Both the position numbers and the translations under genes were made by a program. A DNA stretch of 64,000 nt, from IMG/VR virus record IMGVR_UViG_3300025121_000011, positions 124,001 through 188,000 of that record; one strand, 5' to 3'. This document shows positions 48,681 through 58,750 of this stretch, in pieces. The notes under the pieces were generated by a model, which saw only the letters and a program-made list of their open reading frames with translations, made no database searches and was not told the origin of the DNA. Every line of letters begins with the position of its first letter. Position 1 is the first letter of the stretch.

Positions 48681-50212
48681 TTATATTTGATTCTTTAAAA
48701 CATAAAAATTGGAATGGTAGGGGTTTAACTAAAAGTGGCGACAATTTAGTAATAGTAAAGTCAGCAAATTTAAAACATAAAGTTAATCTCACCATGGGAA
48801 CGTATACTCTTAAGATTATAGCCAAGAAACGTAGTGGCAATGGTGTTATTAATTTTTCTATTCAAAATACAGATAAGGTTTGTTATTTAAATAAAAACAT
48901 AACTCTCTCGAATTCTACTTGGACTGAATATGTATTTCATTTTGAATGTACGCAAGATGTTTTATCAGAGTTAATTATATCTAGAAGCAGCAATGTTTAT
49001 GGGTCAATAGAAATTGGAAGACTTTTAGTTCAAAAACAGGTTATTAATAATACTTCAATAGAAAAAAAGATAATAGTTCCTATTTATACTCATGAAGTAA
49101 AAGAAGGAATATATTCGAGTTATCTAATGAAAAATTCAAAGCAAAAGATTGGAATCATAATTCCATATAGCATATATGGTGGGGGAGAGATATATTTACA
49201 AGAGATATTGAATCATGTTGATGAGCATCAAGTCAATATAACTATGATATATTCCAAACCTAATCCAATTAAGTTTAAGCTTCCTGATGCGATTCAACAT
49301 CGTGATGCAAAGGTTCCAGAACATCTTGTTGGAGTTTTAAAATCTGAAAGATTTGATTATATAGTTTTTTATAATAGTTTATCTATTTATAATATTTTAT
49401 CTCAGCTTAAAGAGAGCGGAGAAATAAATTCTAAGATTATTGAAATCTATCATAGTGATTTTTTATGGCCAGATGCCGTGGCCAAAATAAGAACTCGAAA
49501 AGGAGTGGATGAATTCATTTCTGTTTCGTCAAGTCTCGGAAAAGATATAATCGGGATTAAAGATGCAAATAAACACGTCATACCTGTAAGTATAGATATT
49601 GAACGATTTATTCCACGTAATAAAATACAGATAAGGCAACAGCTCGGGATAACCACATCTGGTAGAATCTTTGGAACGGTGGCTAGATTGTCTCCAGAAA
49701 AGAATTTAACTTATATTTTAGAATTGGCTAAAATTCTTCGTGATGATTTATTCTTAATAATAGGGGATGGCCCGCAAAAATCTTTCCTTGAACTTAATAA
49801 GCCGAACAACGTAATTTTAATGGGATTTCAAAACAAGATAGAATATTATTATAACGCTTTAGATGCTTTTATATTGCCCTCTATTATTGAGGGTACTCCA
49901 ATTTCTATTTTAGAAGCTATGTCCTCTGGAATACCAGTATATGCATCCAAGGTTGGAGCAATACCAGATATATTGCAGCATTCATATAGTGGATGGTTTT
50001 TATCTATGAATCTTAAAAAAGATTGCCAGCTCATTGAGCAATCTTGGATCGATGCAGATATCGTTGAGCACGCCAGAGAATATATCCGGGAAAATCATTT
50101 GATTAAGGATAACGTAGATATGTTTTACAATTTGCTATTAAATAGAAATAACTTTTACAGTATGTCTTCTGATTCAATAGGTAGACTGAAATTCTCAGGA
50201 GAGTTCATCTAA
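48677..50212 (+). CDS. GT4 glycosyltransferase with N-terminal carbohydrate-binding-like beta-sandwich
   Basis: N-terminal about 120 aa with TYTLKIIAK...WTEYVFHF (galactose-binding-domain-like); GT4 motifs YGGGE, GTVARLSPEKN, PSIIEGTPISILEAM. Confidence 0.85.
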   Translation: MIIFDSLKHKNWNGRGLTKSGDNLVIVKSANLKHKVNLTMGTYTLKIIAKKRSGNGVINFSIQNTDKVCYLNKNITLSNSTWTEYVFHFECTQDVLSELIISRSSNVYGSIEIGRLLVQKQVINNTSIEKKIIVPIYTHEVKEGIYSSYLMKNSKQKIGIIIPYSIYGGGEIYLQEILNHVDEHQVNITMIYSKPNPIKFKLPDAIQHRDAKVPEHLVGVLKSERFDYIVFYNSLSIYNILSQLKESGEINSKIIEIYHSDFLWPDAVAKIRTRKGVDEFISVSSSLGKDIIGIKDANKHVIPVSIDIERFIPRNKIQIRQQLGITTSGRIFGTVARLSPEKNLTYILELAKILRDDLFLIIGDGPQKSFLELNKPNNVILMGFQNKIEYYYNALDAFILPSIIEGTPISILEAMSSGIPVYASKVGAIPDILQHSYSGWFLSMNLKKDCQLIEQSWIDADIVEHAREYIRENHLIKDNVDMFYNLLLNRNNFYSMSSDSIGRLKFSGEFI

Positions 50213-51327
50213 TGAATTCTGTTAGAATGTTTGGACCGTTGGGTTCTGCATCTGGATATGCCAATGCAGTAAGAAATTTTGCATTGGCATTTTCTAAGTC
50301 TGAAATACCGACCAAATTTCACTTTGGGCAAAAAGCCGAAGCAGAATATTCTTTATTTATGGAGAGTCTTAAGCGTTACTCAGGAGATACAAATATAGAT
50401 TTTTATTTACATGGTCCACCTTGGAGTACACATCGTAGTAGGGCATATAAAATTGGTTATTTTTATTGGGAGGCGGATCGTCTGCCGTTGAGTTGGGAAA
50501 GAATGATAAGTCAAGTAAATGAATTATGGGTACCTTGTCAATTAGTTGAACAAGCATGTAGAAAGGCTAAATTTAAAGGTCCCATTAAACTAATTCCAAC
50601 GCCTTCGGATCCGTGGGAAACAAATCAAAGATTAATTATTCCATCAGATGTGTCAAATCAATATATTGTTTCAGATGATGTATTTAAATTTTATTCTATT
50701 TTTCAATGGCATGAGCGTAAAGGATACAAGGAATTACTACAAGCTTATTATAAAACTTTTAATGAAGATGATAATGTAATTTTGATATTAAAGGTGAATC
50801 CACTTAATATTAGGGGCTATACCAGAGATAAAATTAAAGTTGATATTATGGAAATAAAAAGAAGACTTAATCAAAAATACTTTCCAAGAGTCTATTTATC
50901 TAGAGATATTTTAAATGTATCACACATTCAGGCTTTACATAATACAGCTGATTGTTATGTTTCGGCTCATCATGGAGAGGGATGGGGAGTGCCAATACAT
51001 GATGCTATGTTAGCTGAGAATCATTTGATTGTACCAAAATTTGGAGGAGTGACAGATTACTTGGATGAAAATAGTGCTAATTTAGTAGATTTTAAAATAG
51101 GCCCAGTTAGTGGAATGGAGTGGTCCAATCTTTATGGTTCTTATCAAAATTGGGCTTATCCTGGTGTCAATTCTTTGTCCCAGAAAATGCGAGAAGTTTT
51201 TGATAATCCACTACATTATTATCCGAAAACTATCAAGGCAAAAGAAATTGCAGAAACAATGACCACAAGTGCTGTTGCAAGATTGATTAATAAAGAATTA
51301 ATTATACCTAGGAAGAGTAATGCTTAA
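50212..51327 (+). CDS. Glycosyltransferase, GT-B fold (GT4-like)
   Basis: SASGYANAVR, FQWHERKGY, DCYVSAHHGEGWGVPIHDAM; similar in layout to 47574..48680. Confidence 0.9.
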   Translation: MNSVRMFGPLGSASGYANAVRNFALAFSKSEIPTKFHFGQKAEAEYSLFMESLKRYSGDTNIDFYLHGPPWSTHRSRAYKIGYFYWEADRLPLSWERMISQVNELWVPCQLVEQACRKAKFKGPIKLIPTPSDPWETNQRLIIPSDVSNQYIVSDDVFKFYSIFQWHERKGYKELLQAYYKTFNEDDNVILILKVNPLNIRGYTRDKIKVDIMEIKRRLNQKYFPRVYLSRDILNVSHIQALHNTADCYVSAHHGEGWGVPIHDAMLAENHLIVPKFGGVTDYLDENSANLVDFKIGPVSGMEWSNLYGSYQNWAYPGVNSLSQKMREVFDNPLHYYPKTIKAKEIAETMTTSAVARLINKELIIPRKSNA

Positions 51328-52240
51328 AATTTTAGATTATTATTGTCATCAAGGGCATCAGAGGGAATTCTTTCGCACAGGCCATGAGTTTTATCTAACT
51401 GGCCTAGATTCGCTTAAGCCAAATTGGAATACTGCCCATAGGCCGCTAGGCTCTAATGTAATTTTAATTGACGAGAGAGCCGCTCATGGGCTAAAATTTG
51501 ATATAGTGATTGTTCGCTCTCCGCTTAATCCCAAAAGATATTCTCGTTTTATAGAGAAGGGAGCTATTCCAGTTGCCGTCAGTCAAAATACAACTCCATT
51601 TGCGGTAGATTCTAAAGTTAGACATATAGTATGGAACTCTTCGGTTGCTATGAACAATAGTTCCGGATTTTATCCAAAGAATATTAAGCATCATTACATA
51701 GTACATGGATTTGATCCCAATGAATTCCGTCCGATAGATGGCATAATAAAAAATGGAAGAGTGTTATCCGTCTCTAATGTATTTAAAAAGCGAGATCATT
51801 TTTTAGATTACAAAAAATTTGATCTTGTTAATCAAGAGCTTGGAAATATCTGTGATGTACTAGGACATGGGAATAATGATATTAATTCGTCGATTGGAGA
51901 GGCGTCTAGTTTTAATGAATTAATACGTTATCATAATCTGTATAATGTTTATTTTAATACAACAATTCGGTCTGCAATGCCAAGAAGTCGAGCAGAAGCA
52001 ATTATGAGTGGCATACCAACTTGTACAACTTGTAATTATGATATTGGAAAATATTTTACTCATAATAAAGATATAGTGTATGCGAATACTAAAGATGAAA
52101 TGATTAGAGAAATTAAAAAGCTTTTGGCAAATCCAGAGTTAGCACATAAAATAGGGGTAATGGGTAGAGAAACCTCTATCAAGCACTTCCATATTGATGA
52201 CTATCTGTTAAAATGGAATAATGTCTTTACAGGATTATAA
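51320..52240 (+). CDS. Glycosyltransferase, GT-B fold (divergent)
   Basis: YIVHGFDPNEF, YFNTTIRSAMPRSRAEAIMSGIP, LLANPELAHKIGVMGRE, WNNVF; acceptor-domain start LKILDYYCHQGH. Confidence 0.75.
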   Translation: MLKILDYYCHQGHQREFFRTGHEFYLTGLDSLKPNWNTAHRPLGSNVILIDERAAHGLKFDIVIVRSPLNPKRYSRFIEKGAIPVAVSQNTTPFAVDSKVRHIVWNSSVAMNNSSGFYPKNIKHHYIVHGFDPNEFRPIDGIIKNGRVLSVSNVFKKRDHFLDYKKFDLVNQELGNICDVLGHGNNDINSSIGEASSFNELIRYHNLYNVYFNTTIRSAMPRSRAEAIMSGIPTCTTCNYDIGKYFTHNKDIVYANTKDEMIREIKKLLANPELAHKIGVMGRETSIKHFHIDDYLLKWNNVFTGL

Positions 52241-53745
52241 TGAAAGTTTTATTAGTGGTGGATAGCTATAATTGGGCTCTCTATAATAGGGCCATTAGTC
52301 TACAGTATTATATTAAGGATCATGATTTTTTAATTAAAAGTTTTAAAGATGTAGATAATATAGACTTTAATAAGTTTGATATTGTATATATTCTTAATTG
52401 GCCTATACATGGCTATATCCCTAATAAAATTAATAAAAAACAGAGACGAAGATATAGACTTATAACTTCCGTTTCAAGTCATATCAATAGGCCACATGCT
52501 TCAAGATTAAATGGAATTTTTAAATATTACGATGCTATTAGTTGCTCTAATATCTCTCTGTATGAAGAATTCAAGCCTCATTATAATAATGTATTCTATA
52601 CCCCATTTGGAGTTGACACTATTACCTTTACACCAAAAACAAATCCATCTGATTATAAAAACATAGTTGGTTGGGTTGGAAATAAAAATAGAGCAGTAAA
52701 GCGATTTTCCGAAATTAAAGAGGCTGTAACATCTATTCCAAATATTGAATTTAAATATGTAGATGAATCTTATGGCTATAGCAGAGCTAAAATGGCAGAT
52801 TATTATAATTCTATCGGCTGTTTGGTTTGCTTTAGTGAGTCAGAGGGAACCCCAAATCCCATTTTAGAAGCAGCGGCATGTGGTCGTCCGATTATCTCTA
52901 CTTTGGTTGGAAATGTATCGAAACTTCTGGAATCTACAAAAGGAATATATATAGTAAACACTAAAGAGGAAATTATCGAGACAATTGGTAATATTAGAAA
53001 TTATGATATGCATGCTGTTGGAATGGAAAATAGAAATGCTATCAGTCATGATTGGTCTTGGGGCCGACAATATTTAAACTTTATTCAATTTTTAGGAGTG
53101 AAACATACGGCTATGGCAGACATAAATAAAATTATTTGGTTTTGGAATGTGAATGATGCAGAGACAGCAAAATATAATAGAGTAACCTCATCTAAAAGTG
53201 AAGCAGTATGGGGAGAGAAGTCCATTTCCTCTATTATTGAAACAGATATTATTTCTCATGTTGGAGATTTAAAGGGTAAAAAAGTTCTGGATTTTGGATG
53301 CGGAGTTGGCAGAATATTAAAATATACAGCTAAGTATTCAGATAATTGTCACGGAGTAGATATTGCTCCGAATATGTTAAAGTTTGCTAAAGAGTATATT
53401 GATAATCCAAATGTTGTTTTACGTCAATCTAATGGAAAGCAGCTTCCATACTCAGAAGGAGAATTTGATGTAATTTATTCATTTCATGTTCTACAGCATA
53501 TTCCTACCAGAGAAATGCTGGTTGATACTTTAAAAGAGATAAAGAGGGTTCTTCGCAAAAATGGAAAAGCAGTATTACATTTCACTCACAAAGTTAGTGA
53601 ATTTGATAGAGACGCTGGCCAATTTGCAGGATACAGGCCGACACCTGAAAACGCCGAGAAGTTAATTAAGGAGGCTGGATTTACATTAATTAAAACAAAT
53701 ATTAAAGCAGATAAGCATTTTTTATTGTATTTAACTAAGGCGTAA
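52240..53745 (+). CDS. GT4 glycosyltransferase fused to class I SAM-dependent methyltransferase
   Basis: N-terminal SESEGTPNPILEAAACGRPIIST; C-terminal VLDFGCGVGR...GVDIAPNML...LPYSEGEFDVIYSFHVLQH...RVLRKNG. Confidence 0.9.
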   Translation: MKVLLVVDSYNWALYNRAISLQYYIKDHDFLIKSFKDVDNIDFNKFDIVYILNWPIHGYIPNKINKKQRRRYRLITSVSSHINRPHASRLNGIFKYYDAISCSNISLYEEFKPHYNNVFYTPFGVDTITFTPKTNPSDYKNIVGWVGNKNRAVKRFSEIKEAVTSIPNIEFKYVDESYGYSRAKMADYYNSIGCLVCFSESEGTPNPILEAAACGRPIISTLVGNVSKLLESTKGIYIVNTKEEIIETIGNIRNYDMHAVGMENRNAISHDWSWGRQYLNFIQFLGVKHTAMADINKIIWFWNVNDAETAKYNRVTSSKSEAVWGEKSISSIIETDIISHVGDLKGKKVLDFGCGVGRILKYTAKYSDNCHGVDIAPNMLKFAKEYIDNPNVVLRQSNGKQLPYSEGEFDVIYSFHVLQHIPTREMLVDTLKEIKRVLRKNGKAVLHFTHKVSEFDRDAGQFAGYRPTPENAEKLIKEAGFTLIKTNIKADKHFLLYLTKA

Positions 53746-53749
53746 TCTA

Positions 53750-54625
53750 ATGATTAAGGGAAATATTCTATGCGTAATTGATGTCTATAATTGGGCCATG
53801 CATAATAGATTTCTAGCTCTAAAAAAATATCTTGGAAATGAATATAGTTTTGATGTGATTTTAGCTTCTGATCTTCAAAGAGATCATTTTAAGCTTTATA
53901 ACATAGTTTATTGTCTTAATTGGGTATTGCATAAAAATATTGCGAATCTTTTGCCATCTCCAGATAAAAGAACATTTAAGCTTGTTACGACCGTATGTAG
54001 TCATAGAACTAGAAATAATCCAGCGGAATTAGCCGAGGTTTTCAAACATTATGATAAAATTAGCGCATCCAGTGCATTCTTATTTAAAGAGTTAAAGCCT
54101 CTATATAATTCTAAAATGATTTATACCCCATTTGGAGTTGATAATACAGTTTTTAAAAAAGATACACCTAATGATCTTTATTCAAATAAATTTGGATTTG
54201 TTGGAAAAACAAATCGTCCGTTAAAAAGATTTTCAGAAGTTAATGAGGCTGTTAATGGATCTGGAGCTATATTAAAGGTTGTTAATCATAAGAGTAATTT
54301 CGATAGACAACAGATGGTTAAGTTTTATAATTCAATAGGTACGGTAATCTGCTTTAGCGAAACAGAAGGTACTCCAAATCCAGCTTTAGAAGCTGCGGCT
54401 TGTTCTAGAGCAATAATATCCACACCGGTAGGTAATATTCCAGAATTGTTTGGCGATAAATATCCGTTATCTATGGTAACTTCCAAGGCAGAAATGGAAA
54501 AACAAATCTCACTGTTAATGGCTGATAAAAAGCTGCTTAATGACTGTGGATCTTATCTGGAGGAAAGAATTCGAAAGGACTGGAATTGGTCTAAAATGTC
54601 TGAAAATTTTATGGAGTTATTTTGA
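53750..54625 (+). CDS. GT4 glycosyltransferase (close paralog of the 52240 GT domain)
   Basis: YNWAMHNR, YTPFGVD, KRFSEV, SETEGTPNPALEAAAC. Confidence 0.9.
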   Translation: MIKGNILCVIDVYNWAMHNRFLALKKYLGNEYSFDVILASDLQRDHFKLYNIVYCLNWVLHKNIANLLPSPDKRTFKLVTTVCSHRTRNNPAELAEVFKHYDKISASSAFLFKELKPLYNSKMIYTPFGVDNTVFKKDTPNDLYSNKFGFVGKTNRPLKRFSEVNEAVNGSGAILKVVNHKSNFDRQQMVKFYNSIGTVICFSETEGTPNPALEAAACSRAIISTPVGNIPELFGDKYPLSMVTSKAEMEKQISLLMADKKLLNDCGSYLEERIRKDWNWSKMSENFMELF

Positions 54626-55731
54626 AAATCGGCATATTAAGAAGTCCCCTTGGAATAGGCGGTGCAGAGCTAAGCCTATTAGATATGGCTATCAATCTTA
54701 AAATGATAGGTCATGATGTTTGGATGCATTATGACATTGGAGATACGCCATCCATGAAAGATTTTAATAAACATGGAAGCCTACAATTTCGATATGGAGC
54801 AGATACAAATTTTATTTTCGAAAACAAACAAATTACAGATGAAATGTGGGCTATTGAACAGTTAAAGACTACAGATGTAGTAATTATGATTCACAGACAT
54901 CTTTATTCTGAAGACTTGGTAAATGCTATTAATCTGGTTTCAAAAAAACTAGTATATGCCCCTGGAAAAAATAGTCATCATGTCTTTGGAAAATATCAGG
55001 ATAATAAAGGGTTCGGACATCTTATTCAGAATATAGATAAGATTATGTTTAATTCTAATTATACATTAAACATTCACTTAAATACCGGATATTCGCTTCA
55101 TTATCAGAAACTCTTAACACACGTACATCCACCAATTTATTTAGATTATTATACTAAGCGGTATGAGAATATTGATCAAAGGGCCTCCAGACAAAAATTA
55201 TGTTTCAAAGAAGGATATTTTCATATTGGTATAGTTGGAAGGCTTATTCCATCTAAAGAACCATTGGAAGTTGTTAAATTAGCAAATCAATTTTCAAAGT
55301 ATAATATCCCGTTTAAGATTCACTTTATAGGGGATGGCCTTCTAGGTGGCCAGACACGTCAAAAAGTTAAAAATGAAAATTTGGAAGAGTATATAAAATT
55401 CTGGGGCATGCTAAATGATCCATTAGAGCATATCAGTTGTTTAGATGTTGTTCTGCATTTATGTAAGCACGAAAGTTTATCTAGAGCTATAAGAGAATCT
55501 ATGTTAATGGGCAAACCTATTGTCGCATTCAATGGGGCTGGAAATTTAGAATTGCTAAGGCATCCAGAACAAAGAAAGTTACTTTTTTCAAAAAATCAAG
55601 ATGTACCTGAAATATTAAAATATTTGGCAGAAAATGGGCTGACGCGAGATGAACTAGGAAAGCTATCTATAGAGCAAATAGTAATAATGGAGCGAAATGC
55701 AATTAAGAATCTGGAGAATCTAATCAAATGA
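54622..55731 (+). CDS. GT4 glycosyltransferase
   Basis: TTG start with GGAG SD; IGGAELS, IGIVGRLIPSKEP, FIGDG, ESLSRAIRESMLMGKPIV. Confidence 0.85.
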   Translation: MKIGILRSPLGIGGAELSLLDMAINLKMIGHDVWMHYDIGDTPSMKDFNKHGSLQFRYGADTNFIFENKQITDEMWAIEQLKTTDVVIMIHRHLYSEDLVNAINLVSKKLVYAPGKNSHHVFGKYQDNKGFGHLIQNIDKIMFNSNYTLNIHLNTGYSLHYQKLLTHVHPPIYLDYYTKRYENIDQRASRQKLCFKEGYFHIGIVGRLIPSKEPLEVVKLANQFSKYNIPFKIHFIGDGLLGGQTRQKVKNENLEEYIKFWGMLNDPLEHISCLDVVLHLCKHESLSRAIRESMLMGKPIVAFNGAGNLELLRHPEQRKLLFSKNQDVPEILKYLAENGLTRDELGKLSIEQIVIMERNAIKNLENLIK

Positions 55732-56630
55732 AAAAAGTACTGTTACTGCCAGATACTAGAGGTTGGGCATATGATGTGATTGCCAAAAATATTGCTCCTT
55801 ATTTTACAAGATATCAGCCTACAATAAAATACGTTGGAGATATTTTGAATAAAAAAGATACGGTAGATTATAACAATTATGATGTAGTTATGGGTTTTTT
55901 TTGGTATGACATGTTATCATTAGGTCCTAAAATTTATAAAAACTATAATCCAAAAAAGACATGTGTTGGAATACACGGTCATAATAGTTGGATTAAGCGA
56001 AAAATTAAACAAGAAGATGCCGTTAAGATGGTTGCTATATATCCAGGAATAGGGTGTATTTCTCAAAAATTAATAAATATTTTTAAACACGCTAATCCAA
56101 TTTTTACTCCAAGTGGATATGCTTCTAATTTTTTATTTAAAGATTTAGTTAAAAGTGAAAAAATGATTTTTATGTGGGTAGGTGATCCTAAAGTTACACA
56201 CCACGGAGATATAAAGGGTTATAATGATATCATAAGGCCGGTATTTGACTCAAGACGGGATGCGGAGCTTGTTATTGCTACAAAAGAAAGTAAAATTCCA
56301 TATGATAAAATGCATGAATTTTATTACCAAGGAAATGTATATATTTGTATGAGTCAGACAGAGGGTAGCCCTCTGCCAATTATAGAAGCTATGGCTTGTG
56401 GTCGCCCAGTAATATCAACTAATGTTGGTATTGCTCCAGAATTAATCAATAGCAAAAATGGGTATTTAATCGGAAGAAGTAAAGAAGAATTAAATAGAGC
56501 TATAAATAATGTGATTGCTAATGCTAATAATTTACCAATTATGGGTCGAGAAGCCAGATCATCTGTGGAAGAGAGAACATGGGAATATTCGGCTCTTAGT
56601 TATGAAAAATTATTTGATAGGGTCATGTGA
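55728..56630 (+). CDS. GT4 glycosyltransferase (paralog of the 52240/53750 GT domains)
   Basis: LLLPDTRGWAY, MSQTEGSPLPIIEAMACGRPVISTNVG, RTWEYSA. Confidence 0.9.
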   Translation: MKKVLLLPDTRGWAYDVIAKNIAPYFTRYQPTIKYVGDILNKKDTVDYNNYDVVMGFFWYDMLSLGPKIYKNYNPKKTCVGIHGHNSWIKRKIKQEDAVKMVAIYPGIGCISQKLINIFKHANPIFTPSGYASNFLFKDLVKSEKMIFMWVGDPKVTHHGDIKGYNDIIRPVFDSRRDAELVIATKESKIPYDKMHEFYYQGNVYICMSQTEGSPLPIIEAMACGRPVISTNVGIAPELINSKNGYLIGRSKEELNRAINNVIANANNLPIMGREARSSVEERTWEYSALSYEKLFDRVM

Positions 56631-56632
56631 AT

Positions 56633-57955
56633 ATGAGTAAGAAAAGAAGCATTATTTATATAGCAACGGATCGTACTTGGGCTGGAACTCTAAATCTATA
56701 TGGTGGATATAACATTTATCCAAACCTAGAGGAAATGGCTAAATATGGAACTCTATATCAGAATGCTATAGCTACAGCCGGTTCCACATTAATGTGTCAT
56801 AGTTCAGAATGGACTGGTAAATATACCTGGGATTTACACCCAGGCATTCCAATGCTGAAGCGTGGATATAACACAGTTATGCCTACGCAGGATTCTGTTT
56901 TTTATCAAATGGAAAATAGAGGATACGAAACTCATCTTGTGATGGTTAAAAAAAATCCAAAGAAGTGCTTTGACACATATTCTCAGGTTAAAAATCTTTG
57001 GACAAATGATACTAAAATTCATTTGATTAATGATTGGGATGTTAGTGGAAATACAACTAATAGATTAACGCAAATCAAGGAAGCATTATCTTGTGTTAAT
57101 CAATCTCAACAAAAAAACAAACCAGCCTTTGTTTGGGTTAAATGTCATGGTCTTAACGAATTCAATAAGAGAATGGAATATTTGAAATATAATGGACAGC
57201 AGAGGATTACACTGGATGATCTATATAATGCAGAGATTGATGAAAGTATTGGAATAATCTTAAAAGAAATTGGATTTCCGAAAAATGACGAAATTGAAAT
57301 AATTTTCGCATCAGATCATGGATCTTTTCATGGACAAGGTGGCAAGTATTTTTATGGATATTGCTTAGATCAGGAAATTATACATGTTCCATTAATCAGT
57401 TCTATTGGTGGAGGCAAATTAGTTACTAAGGCATTTAGTATGCGAAATGTCAAGAACATGCTTATTGATAGAAGTTTTATTCCAGATGAGAAATATATTT
57501 TCTCAGAAACATTATATCCTGGGCAAGTTTCCGATAAGCCTAATAATGGAATTAGCTCTATGTCAAAGATAATGGTTAGAAGAGATAAGTATAAGTACAT
57601 CTATGCTAGATATGGACAAGATGGAAATTCAGATAAACCGGAAGAGATGATGTATGATTTAGAATATGATCCACACGAGAAAATAAATTTAATTCCAGTT
57701 TTAAAAGGTGAAAAGTTTCGTGATATTACTCGTGGTGATTTATCTGGTAAAAATATGACTACCGTCTTTACTAGATTGCATACAAATATTGAAACAATAA
57801 AAGATCCGAATATATCCCCTCGGTATCTAAAAGATAGATTTCGCTCAGGCTCCTATGTTGGCTGGACAGAAGTTTATGATATTTGGAGCGAGCTTCAAGC
57901 ACAAGCTCGCGCAATCTGGTCGCAGACAGGAAGAGAAAAGCATTTTAAAGTATAG
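56633..57955 (+). CDS. Alkaline-phosphatase-superfamily (sulfatase-like fold) hydrolase/transferase
   Basis: IIYIATDRT, YPNLEEMAKYGTLYQNAI, GSTLMCHSSEWTG, IIFASDHG, IHVPLI, YKYIY, MYDLEYDPHEKINL. The ATG at 56633 is preferred over the track's GTG at 56627. Confidence 0.8.
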   Translation: MSKKRSIIYIATDRTWAGTLNLYGGYNIYPNLEEMAKYGTLYQNAIATAGSTLMCHSSEWTGKYTWDLHPGIPMLKRGYNTVMPTQDSVFYQMENRGYETHLVMVKKNPKKCFDTYSQVKNLWTNDTKIHLINDWDVSGNTTNRLTQIKEALSCVNQSQQKNKPAFVWVKCHGLNEFNKRMEYLKYNGQQRITLDDLYNAEIDESIGIILKEIGFPKNDEIEIIFASDHGSFHGQGGKYFYGYCLDQEIIHVPLISSIGGGKLVTKAFSMRNVKNMLIDRSFIPDEKYIFSETLYPGQVSDKPNNGISSMSKIMVRRDKYKYIYARYGQDGNSDKPEEMMYDLEYDPHEKINLIPVLKGEKFRDITRGDLSGKNMTTVFTRLHTNIETIKDPNISPRYLKDRFRSGSYVGWTEVYDIWSELQAQARAIWSQTGREKHFKV

Positions 57956-57963
57956 GAATGTAA

Positions 57964-58740
57964 ATGAATAACAAAGTAACCTTTATATTTATATTTACTA
58001 CCGGAAGAACAGGCACAGCAATGCTTGCCCAAATTTTCGGTTTAGAAAAATATAATAAGCAAAAATTGTATTTTACTGATAGCAATCGTAATGTTGTGGC
58101 ACACGAATGCTGGGATGATATTCCAGTTGATTTAATTAAGAATACAAAGTTTGGTTCCACAGAATATATTAAAATTTGTGATAATTATCTTGTTAAAAAG
58201 CATAAGGAAATTCTTTCAAAATCTAAATCTATACAGAATATTTTTATTACCGATCATAAGTTGGGCCGTTATTTTTCTGATTATTTAGTTAGCAATATCA
58301 AGTTTGATTATAAAATTATATTGTTACGCCGAAACAAAGAAGATGTCGTTGCCTCATTTTTAGAGAAAATGGCAAAAGTAAAAAATAGATCAACCAAGAG
58401 TCAATATGTTTATTTTCAGAAAAGACTCTGGAAAAATTCCTTTTATTCTCCATTTGATATGTCTGCGCTTTATCCGGTTGATCCAATAGATTGGGCTATT
58501 CGAGATGAAGAAGAGCGTATAAACTGGTACTTTGATGAGGTTAAAAGACAATGGAATAGGTTGTCTAATATTATACCAATAGATAAGAGACTGGAAGTTA
58601 AATTTGAAAACATTATAGGTGGCAGCGAAAGAGATTTAAATGGAGAAATAATTCAAAATAGTGAATTATATAAAATAAGCAAATTTATTAATTTGCCATA
58701 TAAAAAAGCTTTTTTAGATAGAAAGGTAAACGCCAGATAA
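57964..58740 (+). CDS. Sulfotransferase family protein
   Basis: FIFTTGRTGTAML (5'-phosphosulfate-binding loop), VAHE, IILLRRNKEDVVASF (3'-phosphate-binding motif), RLEVKFENI. Confidence 0.7.
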   Translation: MNNKVTFIFIFTTGRTGTAMLAQIFGLEKYNKQKLYFTDSNRNVVAHECWDDIPVDLIKNTKFGSTEYIKICDNYLVKKHKEILSKSKSIQNIFITDHKLGRYFSDYLVSNIKFDYKIILLRRNKEDVVASFLEKMAKVKNRSTKSQYVYFQKRLWKNSFYSPFDMSALYPVDPIDWAIRDEEERINWYFDEVKRQWNRLSNIIPIDKRLEVKFENIIGGSERDLNGEIIQNSELYKISKFINLPYKKAFLDRKVNAR

Positions 58741-58750
58741 AGGGGCCGTT

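Noticed and set aside
1020-58160. Numerous minus-strand and nested plus-strand ORFs of 61-150 aa in the ORF track
   Set aside because: Nearly all lie wholly or largely within long, motif-supported + strand genes, lack SD sites and recognisable motifs, and look like antisense or alternate-frame shadows.
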